A stretch of 64,000 nt of DNA, taken from the NCBI GenBank assembly GCA_907165135.1, contig OU015569.1:7440001-7504000 (forward strand), in the 5' to 3' direction. Shown piece by piece: positions 26,100-36,246 of this stretch; position 1 is the stretch's first letter, and the number at the start of each line of letters is the position of its first letter. Made by a program: the position numbers and the translations under genes. Origin of the DNA: Oikopleura dioica (Eukaryota > Animalia > Chordata). Under the pieces are notes generated by a model. It was given only the letters and a program-made list of their open reading frames with translations, had not been told where the DNA came from and ran no database searches.

Positions 26100-26742
26100 A
26101 TGGAAGAGACACGTGAGAGAATTCTTGCAGGGATTATTCTTTTTTTTGTTATCATTTTTAATCTCGGCCAACTTCGCTTAATAGCGGCAACTACCACTGC
26201 CGCTCCGACGCTCACGGAAGAACAGCTGAATGCAGGATGTGAAGCAATCATTTTGCCGAAAAATGAGACGGCTCATATCACCCCGGTAATCAAATCAAAA
26301 AATGCTTTTGCCGTTAATTTTTCTTAAGGAGAACCAAGCACTGAAAAAAATAATCGATTTTATCTTGTACGAAACCGAAATGGAACAACGATCAGCAACT
26401 TACATTCGAGATGCCTTCAAACAAGCTAAAAACAAGTATTACGGCAAAAAACAAAAAAAGACTAAGCGTGACGCCCATAATACGATCATCAGTTTCTATG
26501 AGCAAATGTATCGATACCACTGGGTCGATGGGCGGTCCTCAAGCGTCGATGGTTTGCTTGCATTACGTTTGACTGGAACTCTTCTACGAGTCATCGAGAA
26601 AGATGGACATCTGAATAAAAATGACGCTGGAGAAATCAGAAAAACACTCATCAAGAGAGCGACGAAAAAACTTCGAGCTGACCTTTTCGATCGATCCTGT
26701 GAGAAATACTGCTTCGTACTGAAAATTTTTGTTCTTAGCTAA
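26100..26742 (+). CDS. Maverick accessory protein with N-terminal signal peptide or TM anchor, 2 exons
   Basis: Hydrophobic ILAGIILFFVIIFNLG; GT-AG intron 26286-26328 joins the two ORFs in frame. Confidence 0.65.
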
Positions 26743-26983
26743 GTTATTTTGATAATAAAGGAAACTCTTTAGATACCAATTTGAATTTTTATTTTTATGA
26801 TTTTGGGAGGCTAATCGCGTAATTAGAATTTAGTGCCAGAGTCCGAGCAACATGGATTCTGTTGTCTTGAGGGTGGCCGTTCACACCCTTTGCTCCGAAC
26901 GCTCAAATTTCAATATCCTAATCAATGCTTTTTTAAAATAAATGCATAAATAAGGGTCAACATAATTTTTTTTGGATGAAGCT

Positions 26984-27469
26984 TTATTGATGGAAAGTGA
27001 CAGTTTTTGGCTGATCCCAGAGACCTGCGGAAAAGAGTTGTCCGATTTCACTCTCTGAAGTAATGACCATATCTGGGAGGTAAGAATCAGTATGAAACAG
27101 TACTCGTAGATTTTTCAGAATTTTGGTCCGATCTTTGCAGACATTTGATTCACAGTTATGTTCGAAAACTCGCGCAGGAATAGCAATCTTCAGAGATCCC
27201 CTATTTTTGCGAATAAGGAGTCGTCTTCGTGTGCCTTCATCCAATCTTTCTATTCTGTCAGAACGATCGACTGTGACATATATCGGACGAACAAAGTCAA
27301 TGGGCGCCGAGAATAGAACACAGAAGCCAGATCTCTGTTTAAAAGAGAAATATCCTTTTTTGAGAAAGTCGCTTCTTATCAGCTGGACGAGTAAATGGTT
27401 TCGCAAACAATTCGGTTGCTTCTTGCATTTGGTAATAAAAAAATTATATGGAAAAATCTCTCTTTTCAT
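26984..27469 (-). CDS. Maverick hypothetical protein
   Basis: 161-aa ATG-initiated ORF; a shorter ORF overlaps it on the other strand. Confidence 0.45.
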   Translation of the reverse strand: MKREIFPYNFFITKCKKQPNCLRNHLLVQLIRSDFLKKGYFSFKQRSGFCVLFSAPIDFVRPIYVTVDRSDRIERLDEGTRRRLLIRKNRGSLKIAIPARVFEHNCESNVCKDRTKILKNLRVLFHTDSYLPDMVITSESEIGQLFSAGLWDQPKTVTFHQ

Positions 27470-27611
27470 TTCTTTCTTTTAAACAATTGAAGCGAATTTC
27501 TATTCAGCGCTATAATGAGTTTTTCACATGATGTCTTGAATTTTATTTAGATTATCTTGGCAGACAAAAAATTTTGATGAGGTGTTATTTTTCGCATGTG
27601 TTCTGCATAAA

Positions 27612-28322
27612 ATGAAGCCTTCGGACAAATTTAGCATCACTCAGAGCTTTGAGAGAATGAATGACTTTAGCGCTCGAATAACTCTTCGAAGACTGGCCCA
27701 GACTTACACTGGAGTCAAAAAGGCATCAGACTACGGCTATGGAGAGTTAGTCGATCTCCTTAGAAATCGTATCGCTGTCTTGATAACACAGGATATCGCC
27801 AACGAGGAGTTCTACAACAAACGGTTTGATTCATATGTGAAACTCTGCAATTCGAGCAGAGATTTGGAATTTGACCTTCTGGCCGATGACCTGATCGGCC
27901 ACTTTGAAGACGTGACAACAAAAGCAGGAACCTCCGTTGAGCGAGCTTTCTTGACATATTCTTATGTTATTTGTAAGTGCTCAGAATTTTTATCAATAAA
28001 CGAATTTATTTAAGCTCTCGGATACAAAATCTGCCAACGATATGACGTCCCAACTTTTGAGAAGAAATCATTCATCGGAGGTCTCAAAAGACGTAGCTGT
28101 AGGGCGATGCAGGAGTTCTTCGAAATGGCTCAGATTTCGATTCAAGGTAGACGGTTAAAAAAATCCTTGGAAACTTATTATAAAATCAATTTAGAAAAAT
28201 TTGGAGACCTTGCAATCACCCCAGACCTCCTCGCTGACCCCGAATTAGGATGGCTCAAAGCAGAAATTCCAAGTCCAGTCTACCTTCCAGGATACGAATC
28301 GGATACCGAAGATTCGTCCTAA
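27612..28322 (+). CDS. Maverick hypothetical alpha-helical protein, multi-exon
   Basis: ORFs 27582-28013 and 28107-28322 linked via short introns. Confidence 0.55.
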
Positions 28323-28403
28323 ATTTGAAAAAAACTGCTCATCAAAAAATGATTTATCAAATAAATACAGTAAAGCAAGGTTAAAAACAGAGGATGATTT
28401 ATT

Positions 28404-29138
28404 TCAATGATGTTTTTGAGTGTAGCAGATTGGAAGTGAGGGTTGCAAATAAGGAGAATCACCAAATATATTTGACATGACTCTTAAGTTTTGATCTTTG
28501 AGTTTTATACTGCCATTTATAACAATATGGGCATGCACATCTTCAGGTCTTGATTTCATGTCCTTGACAGCTTCTTCTAACTCGCGCTCCACGCCATATT
28601 GTTTGCCGAAGACTTTGAAATGACTTTGATCGGCGTACATTCTTAGCAAGACAGTGATCTCAGTATTACGCCGATTTCCAGTCGTAAATTTCCCTTTTTC
28701 AAATGGGTTTTGAGTAATCAAGATGAGATTAAAATCAAATTTTCTTCTGTCGTTAGTAAAAGCTCTATTGATATCAGGTGAATTAACAGCGTCACTGAAC
28801 TGATCATCAATCACGATCACGCTTCTTTTCGGAACATTTATGAAATCTGAAGTTGTAGGAAGCCCTTCTTGGTATTTTATAGTTATATCATCAGGCAACT
28901 TGTTGTCCCAATCGATCGGTAAATTATTGATGGCTCCAAAATATAAAACATGTCTGATTTTTTTTGTAAAAAATTGATGTCGTATCAGCTTTTCAACAAA
29001 TTTTGTTTTTCCAGTTCTGAAAATATTTTTAATTCTCGAAAAAAGATAAGAACTTTACCCGCTTGCGCCGATGACTTGAATAGATGCGGGGTGGTGAAAT
29101 TTGATGTCGTCTATGACTCTGCCAGAGAGAGAACGCAT
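28404..29138 (-). CDS. A32/FtsK-like genome-packaging ATPase, 2 exons
   Basis: MRSLSGRVIDDIKFHHPASIQVIGASG|TGKT (Walker A rebuilt across GT-AG intron 29017-29058); Walker B VIVIDD; LILITQN; RRN arginine-finger region. Confidence 0.92.
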
Positions 29139-29419
29139 TTTTTTGCTTCAGTGACGATAAGCTCGTGAGTAACACCGTTTTTAGGGAATTTCTTCGGCTC
29201 CGCGCGAACCGCTTTAAAAAAGCAAATTCTGTTTCCAATGAGCCAAGAAAATTCTCCGGCAATTTCCGGTGAGAATTTTATCGAAATTTTATCTCCAGCT
29301 TTGTAGTTTTGGAGGGAATCGCTTGGACGTTTCAATATCTCTGTTATCTGACCGTCCAAAAAGAAATTTCTGTTCTTGTGGTAATAACTAGTTGCTGTTA
29401 GCTCCGCGAAGAATTCCAT
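29111..29419 (-). CDS. Small protein, possible OB-fold ssDNA-binding domain
   Basis: 102-aa ORF overlapping the ATPase start; beta-strand pattern reminiscent of RPA70 OB folds (judged by eye). Confidence 0.5.
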   Translation of the reverse strand: MEFFAELTATSYYHKNRNFFLDGQITEILKRPSDSLQNYKAGDKISIKFSPEIAGEFSWLIGNRICFFKAVRAEPKKFPKNGVTHELIVTEAKKCVLSLAES

Positions 29420-29641
29420 TGTGGCATTTCAAAACTTTATTCTGAATTCAATCTTGATTTGTGTAAATAAAAAGGCGTGAAAAAATAACTTCATGAATTC
29501 ATCGGATTGCCTCGGCATAACTCATTCAGAATTATGCCACGAAGTGTTATTTTTCCACTCGCTGAGATAAAACGCCATTGCAAGGTCTACAAGACTGAAG
29601 AAGGAATATTTACTGGTGGGTTAGATATAAACTTTAGATAA

Positions 29642-31136
29642 ATGTATGACTTTAAGGAAAACTTGAAAAAAAACTTAATGTCCGAGGGTACTTCGGAAAC
29701 AATGACAAGAAAAGTCATAAAGCTTCGAAACTACTCAAAAAAGCGGGACGAAGACGAGAACAACGCCTTGGAGAAGGAAGCTCCTCGAGTAGCGCGTGGA
29801 AACGACCGCTCGCAAAGAGGTCGGACGAGGACGGGTATCCAGATGAGCCAGAAAGCAAAAAGAAGCAAAAACTCACATGCGATGACAACAAGGAAGAGAA
29901 AATCGGACAAATCGCCCCTCCAAACAGCCCGGCAAGTCGAAAACAATTTGAATCAGGTGGAACCACCTCAGGAGACCGATATTCGGATTCCGGATCAAGT
30001 GGAAGATCAGACAGCGAGAGCGACAGCAGCGGCTCCGACAGTGGCAGCGCAAGCTCCGGATCAAACTCCTCCTCAGAAGAAGATTAAACTTGACCAGCTT
30101 TACATTGATCCGAAACAGATCACTGCTTATTCAACTGATCTACAGCGTTATTTGCGTGAAAAAGAAACTCTATCTCGACATCGGCGTATCATTAAAAAAT
30201 TTAAGCGTAGACGAACAGTTGTTTATGGCCCTTATACTCAAATTCAATCTGATACTATGTAAGCAAATTTCTCAATAAAAACTGAAAAAAATTGTTTTAG
30301 TGATTACAGCATGTATGGTCGTCAAAATCGCGGATATAAATACATTTTAGTCGTGATTGATGTTTATAGCAGTAGAAACTGGGTAAAAGCTCAGAAAACA
30401 CTTACTTCAGAGGAAACTGCGGCCTCATTGAAAGAAATAATTGAGTCGATGGAGCATATACCTTCGACTTTTTCGAGCGATGGTGGAAAAGAATACGCGC
30501 CGCGTGTCGAAGGCAAGCGTCAACTTCTCTAGTATCGATTGTAAGTTGATTTTTTAAGGATTCATTAATAAAGTTCTCGTTGAACAATTTGGAATGGTCC
30601 AATACAAGCTCGGAGGACCTCACAAAGCTACGATGGCTGAGCGCTTCATGTAATATCAATATTTTTTCGTTAATAGATCTTTATTATATAGCCGAACATT
30701 TAAAAAAATGATCCAACAGTTTATGGACGAAAATAGAACTAAAACTTGGATAAATGTCTATCTTCAATTAAGCGATAACATAAACAAACGGAAGCATAGC
30801 CGGCTTCGGATTGCCCCAATAGATATTACTATCGACAATTTTCGTGAATTTTACCATAAAAAATTTCCAAATGCAGAAACTAAAAACTTGATCTGTAAGT
30901 TTGGAGTTGGCGATAAGGTGCGAATTCCAATTATTATTGCGAGTCCAAAAGCAAAGCGAAAAGCAACATTTGAGAAGGGCTACATGATGAAATGGACAAA
31001 AGACCTCTACACGATTTGGAAAGTGCAAAAATCAGGCGACATTTGTTACTATCGTGTCGAAGGACCTCGCGGGAAACTTCTGCGACCTCTTTACGAGAAT
31101 GAACTGAATCTTGTTCTCCGAAAAAGACCCTCATAA
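29642..31136 (+). CDS. Maverick retroviral-like (rve) integrase, 4 exons
   Basis: After removing introns 30259-30300, 30513-30558 (GC-AG) and 30650-30691: QSDT..GYKYILVVIDVYS, SSDGGKEY, MAERFIRTFK (DDE intact); C-terminal FGVGDKVRI..FEKGY..W..YENEL. Confidence 0.93.
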
Positions 31137-31166
31137 AAGATAATTGAAGATGGTTTTTTTTTAAGA

Positions 31167-31559
31167 ATGCGACTGATCCGTCTTAATTCTGACTCGGCAG
31201 ATATTACAAATTTACCTGGAGAAAAGATGATTAAATGGTGGTTCAGACATCCTCTCCAGGGATCTTTTGTTTCAGTAATGAGCTACTGTTGCCGATCAAA
31301 TGATGATCAGCTTGATTTTATGGATATTCGGTGTAATCTGATCAATCCATCGGTTTTTAATCCGGATAAAATTCTTCTTACGATTCCAAATGGGGTTCAA
31401 TTCGACTCGCCATCAGGAGCTGAGCAGTGGGATATGATCAGCGGAGGAGAATTCTATGTCTCATTAAGGTGATACTTTTTTAACTTCATTATAAAATGCT
31501 TACCTAGGTTACCGAGTCATGTGACCTACATTTCGCTTGTTTTAAAAATCGATGAGTGA
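31167..31559 (+). CDS. Probable minor capsid (penton, single jelly-roll) protein, short, 2 exons
   Basis: FRHPLQG..VSV, IRCNLINPS..KILLTIP, ISLVLKI pattern; position among virion genes; intron 31469-31507. Confidence 0.55.
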
Positions 31560-31668
31560 TCATATTCAGATCATTCTTGATGATTTGTAAATTTACTCTG
31601 TGTAAATATTCGAACTTGTTAGATTTTAAATATGTTTCTGTCATTCTTCATAAAAATTGACTGAGAAA

Positions 31669-31837
31669 ATGCCAAAAAAAGGGCTCTGGTAAGAGACAAT
31701 TATAATTCGTTGATAAAAATAAGCTAAGCCGTAAAATTCGATTTGTCCCAAAGAGAATCAGAGGCGCCGGAAAAAAAAGGAAATCAAAAAAGAAATCAGG
31801 AAAGAAGAGAAGATCAAATGGACGCCGAAAGGTCTAA
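31669..31837 (+). CDS. 42-aa basic core/DNA-condensing protein candidate, 2 exons
   Basis: MPKKGLC|RKIRFVPKRIRGAGKKRKSKKKSGKKRRSNGRRKV* after intron 31689-31728; contains the adenain consensus IRGA^G. Confidence 0.6.
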
Positions 31838-32291
31838 AATAAATTAATTGTTAATTCTCTAATTTATTCAGCGCTGAAGAGCTGCTGCAAGGTCTCGCGA
31901 ATTTTGGGGGAATTTTCTTTGCTGACGATTTAATTAAATTCACAATTCTTTCTTTTCCTGTTGGCTTTTTAATCCACACAAATGAAACGCATTGGATAAG
32001 TCTCATAGTTAAAAATGATGTTATCGAAATAATGGACCCCCTTGGCTACATAAAAATAATGCATACGAAAATCTCCACCTATTTCTCAAAACTGAGATGG
32101 GTGATCGAACTCTCATTACGTCTCCGAAAATTCAAATGAGTACTCATTCTAACTGTGGTCTTTTTGCCATCACTTTTCTTTTTTGGTCACTCGAATGTGA
32201 GAAATCATTGTTGTCTTTTATGAAATTATTCACAGAAAATGCAATTGAAAATACTGCGACAATTAAGAAACTCTTTTCGAAAATAAACTGA
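31818..32291 (+). CDS. Adenain-like cysteine maturation protease, with a 1-nt frameshift in this sequence
   Basis: MDAES|AEELLQGLANFGGIFFADDL...THW...MDPLG, then a frame change at the A5 run 32052-32056, then KIQMSTHSNCGLF (His/Asp/Gln/Cys residues present); intron 31832-31871. Confidence 0.85.
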
Positions 32292-32349
32292 GAAAATAAT
32301 ATAATTTTGTTTTTATTGGTTGCAAATATTTGTTGAACGGAATTTTTAG

Positions 32350-33035
32350 ACTTACTCCTTCTTCAATACTTTGATATCCAAGAACAGCCTGAATATCTCT
32401 TTTTTTCTTCTTTTTAAGGAGTTCTCCGTGGTGGTGCTGACTGTGAGCAGACATCGCATTTGATCTTATTTGATTCTTCATTCCTTCTTCAATATTTTGC
32501 TATCCAAGAACAGCCTGAATATCACTTACTTTTCTTTTTGTCATTTTTATTTTGATTTAGCAGCTGAACAGGATTTAAAGCCTTCAAAATTTGATTTTAA
32601 AGTTTTGAAAGTGATTTTCGAGACTAAAATACCTTCTTTAATACTTTGCTATCAAGGAACAGCCTGAATATCTCTTGTTTTCTTCTTAATTTCCTGATAT
32701 AGTTCATGTTTGTTTCTGCTGGTTCGGATTTTTATCAGATGCTTCTTGCAGCAAAACTCGAAGGCTAAAAAATTTGCGTGAGAAAAACTCTGAAAGACAA
32801 AAATACCTTTAGAGCAGCATGAACATCGTGCTTATGCTGATTTGGGTTTTTATCACATACTCCTTGCATCAAAACTCGAAGGCGAAAAAATATTCGCGTG
32901 AGAAAAACTCTGAAGGACAAAAATACCTTTAGAACAACAGGAGCATCTTGATTTTGCTTTTTCCGATTTTTATTAGATACTCCTTGCAGCAAAACTCGAT
33001 GGCGAAAGAATATTCGTCAGAGAAGAACTCTAAGA
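32350..33035. repeat. Two adjacent degenerate repeat arrays inside the Maverick
   Basis: Three copies of GAACAGCCTGAATATC (about 32380, 32505, 32655) and three ~118-bp units containing CAAAACTCGA.GGC..GAGAA.AACTCT (about 32750, 32870, 32990). Confidence 0.75.
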
Positions 33036-33720
33036 GAATATTGAAAAAAAAGGATCAAACCTGGAACCTATAGTTTGGTCAAAAAAGTTCCACTCGTTTC
33101 TTCGCAATAATTGATTCCGGATCCTGAATAGAGTTAAATATATTTTCCTTGCATAACATACCTTAATTCGATATCTGATGTCAAACACACCGGTTCCGAT
33201 GATACGCTACGATCTCATTGTCCTGTCTGAAATCTCACCGATCAGATCATTTTAGAAATATGTATTATTCGATTTAATTTGTTAAAAAATTAGTTTTGGT
33301 AATAGGAGTATATGATAAAATACGGTATCATTTTAAGAAACAGTAACAAAATTAAAACGAGCATAAATGCTGTTCAAGGATAACAAAGTTTTAAAGAATA
33401 ATGAATCATTTTAAGGTTAATAAACTCTCGTGGGTTTTTTCAAAATCGTAGTCTCTTATTTCTTCCATGTTGTCATCTTCATTGTTTAAAAATAAGAATA
33501 TCTTACAATAGAAATCGACTCTTACTCGGTTATATACGCCAAGATCAGAAAATTTCATACTCACTGAGACATCTTCTGACAAAAGATAAGATCACATCTT
33601 TGAACGCCGTAAAATCCGTATTTTTGATCGGATCATATAGGTCGCAAGGGAAACAAAAAAAGATTTCATGGTCGGATGAAAATAATAACAATCTTTACGG
33701 TCGAGATTAAATCAGATTTA

Positions 33721-35001
33721 TTACACAGCTTCTACAGTAACATCATTTTCAGGAGTAATTGTCAGTTTTTTTTCAATTATAGGCATGAACAGAAGAAGGT
33801 GTTTATCATCAAGTGACTGAGTGAATTTTATTTTGACCACGAGTTGAGCAGCATTGCGTCTTCCGAGCATTTCAAAATTGATCAAAACAAAGAAGTTGGT
33901 TTTGAGATAATGTGGTTGTGGCAAAACACCGGAGCTCCAGGGATTGAGATATCGTTCGCTCATCATAAGGAAATTTTCGTAAAAATCCATATCTGTTTTA
34001 AGGGGGTAACCAGGGAGACTCGAACCATCAACGAGAACATCAACTTGCTCTATGTTTCCACGTTCTAGTTTTGTCAGTGACTGCTTGTAATCTCCATGTG
34101 AGCGTTTGAGACTGGTAACAGAAAGAACCGCGTATTTCGGGAAAGCTCCTTTAGTAAGATTAACAGTGTAATCAGTATCGCCTTTGTCTAAGGTAGGTCT
34201 TCTTATACAGTAGTCCAAGAACGTGGTTTCGAATTTCGAAGTCGCATACTTTTTCATTTCCCTTTCCAATGATTCAGAGAAAACAAACATTGCTTTAAAA
34301 ACAGGCCTGACGAGCTTAACAACTGGATCCGGAAAATCATAGTCAATCTCAACCACATCACCGACATCGTCAGTCGCATCAAGCATACTCTTCTTTTTTA
34401 AAAGCGAAAATTTTGCTGGAGCACGCTCAAACGAGAGATGGATTCCAAGTCCAGCTGGTAAAATAATTGGTGCTCGAGCGATTCCATGATTTATTGGGAT
34501 TTTAAATTCGTATCTCAGCCATTTAGTGTTGTAAGTTTTTCCTTCGAATTCGATTTCTTTTAAAAACTCCTTCGCATACATTTTTCGATTCTCAATTATA
34601 CTTCTGCCGATGTCGTCTTGGTCAGCTTCGAAAATATCATAGACGCCCATAATCGGAAAAGTTGAGTCGATTGTTGTTTGATCGAATAATGACTTATTCA
34701 AGAAATGAGAAGAAAACGCAGAGTCTAAATCACATGATTTGCTTGTAATTGGGTCTTCTGCGATTTCAATCTTAGGAAGCCCTTTGAAGAGCTTCGCACA
34801 AAAATCATTGTCCAATACATGATTTTCAGGAATTTCAATATGAAAATGCAGCCGAGAATCACACGCCTTGAAATATCTCTTTTGCGGAACAATGTGAAAT
34901 TCAAGAGTATCATCAGTGTTGCAATAAGGAGCAGCTTCTTGGATTTTACAGTCCTCGTATCCCAAAGTGTCAAACTTATCGGTTTTTGAAAAACTGAACA
35001 T
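33721..35001 (-). CDS. Major capsid protein (double jelly-roll, Maverick PY-type)
   Basis: ~426-aa uninterrupted ORF; DTLEFHI..YFKACDSRLHF..DNDFCAKLF, ILPAGLGIHLSFER, PKYAVLS, VDGSSLP, LVVKIKFTQSL fit the Maverick capsid pattern; lies among virion genes. Confidence 0.8.
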   Translation of the reverse strand: MFSFSKTDKFDTLGYEDCKIQEAAPYCNTDDTLEFHIVPQKRYFKACDSRLHFHIEIPENHVLDNDFCAKLFKGLPKIEIAEDPITSKSCDLDSAFSSHFLNKSLFDQTTIDSTFPIMGVYDIFEADQDDIGRSIIENRKMYAKEFLKEIEFEGKTYNTKWLRYEFKIPINHGIARAPIILPAGLGIHLSFERAPAKFSLLKKKSMLDATDDVGDVVEIDYDFPDPVVKLVRPVFKAMFVFSESLEREMKKYATSKFETTFLDYCIRRPTLDKGDTDYTVNLTKGAFPKYAVLSVTSLKRSHGDYKQSLTKLERGNIEQVDVLVDGSSLPGYPLKTDMDFYENFLMMSERYLNPWSSGVLPQPHYLKTNFFVLINFEMLGRRNAAQLVVKIKFTQSLDDKHLLLFMPIIEKKLTITPENDVTVEAV

Positions 35002-35074
35002 TTTCAATTGCTCTTTCTCGTTTATTGAGAAGAATGAAATCCGTCGGATCGTGTTAAATCAGAAGTGAGAAACA

Positions 35075-36023
35075 GTTACTCATGGAATACTAATATTTGA
35101 CTTTGCCCTTTCTTACGCCTCTTCTTGCTCGTCTTCTTCGCGAATTTGAAGTTTATTGCTCGGATAAACTAATAGGATCATATTATTTTTCATTTAATTA
35201 AAAGTAATTTACCATATGTCTTTTCGATTTCATATCGTAGCAAAAGCACCTGGCGCAAGCTCACACCCGAATGATGAAAGTTAGTCCTGTCAAACTCGTG
35301 ACTTGCCAAAAGGCGTTCTCTGTAAAATATAATTCTTATAACTGAAGTTTGAAGAAACACTTACTCTAATGTCTCATCTTTGGTCTCTGAGAGAAGTTGA
35401 GTAACATCTTCATCATTTTTTATTTTTCTTCAATGAGGTTTTTAAAGAGCGTTCAAAGATTTTTCTACAAAATTAATAACCCTTTCTTGTGTCATTGATC
35501 CATGTTGAAGAGCCCGAGTAGTACAGCCTCAGGTCTTCTTGAATTTTTCCATCTTAAGTTTATTCATCGGCTATTAAAACTTGAGAAACAGTTAGCAAAC
35601 CGATCATCTTCTGCGACGCGCTCATGAACCATGCATCAACACCGATTTGGTAAGGAAAAAATAAATTTTCAGTAATCATACGAGTCACTTCGCTCAGTTT
35701 GTTATTGTTGACGTATGGAATTGACAGAATACATCGATCGATATAGGTTTTCGGCATTCCCTTAACTTTGAGGGATTTATGAGATAGTCGAAACTTGTAC
35801 TGAAGATAGTACTCCAAGTTATTCGCAAGTCTACTAAAGCCAGAGAGCTTAACAGAAATACAGACAACTTCCTTTATCGAAAAAATCTAAAATCTGCTTT
35901 CTTTCCTGGTGATCATTCATCACTTTATATTCTTCTTCTGTAAGAAGTTCATTTATATTCAATTTTTCTTTTGTTAACTCCCGAAAGAAATCAATCTCTG
36001 ACTCTTTGAATTTTCCGCTCATT
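35075..36023 (-). CDS. Maverick hypothetical multi-exon protein with a basic C-terminus
   Basis: MSGKFKESEIDFFRELT... joined via short introns to ORF 35560-35817 and a KKTSKKRRKK tail; model approximate. Confidence 0.45.
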
Positions 36024-36246
36024 CTGGAATTCTGACTCTTCTTTAGTTGAAAAAAATCCTGTAATCGGGAGTTCTTGATTTTACTTTGACAGCTTGTTGA
36101 AAGGACGGCGTAGAACTCCTCGAAACAGAATTTTTTAAATAACTATTTGTCTTCTCATGTGCACGTGCGAAATTTCGCATGTATGGTGAATTTCCGCTGT
36201 CAATTTTTTCATACATAAAACAGGAAAGTATGATTTTCCGATAAAA

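Noticed and set aside
32350-33035. CRISPR-like repeat-spacer array
   Set aside because: Eukaryotic context, degenerate repeats, related rather than unique spacers, and no cas genes.
36161-36179. Palindrome TGCGAAATTTCGCA in the divergent gap before pPolB
   Set aside because: A single short palindrome with no independent evidence of regulatory function.
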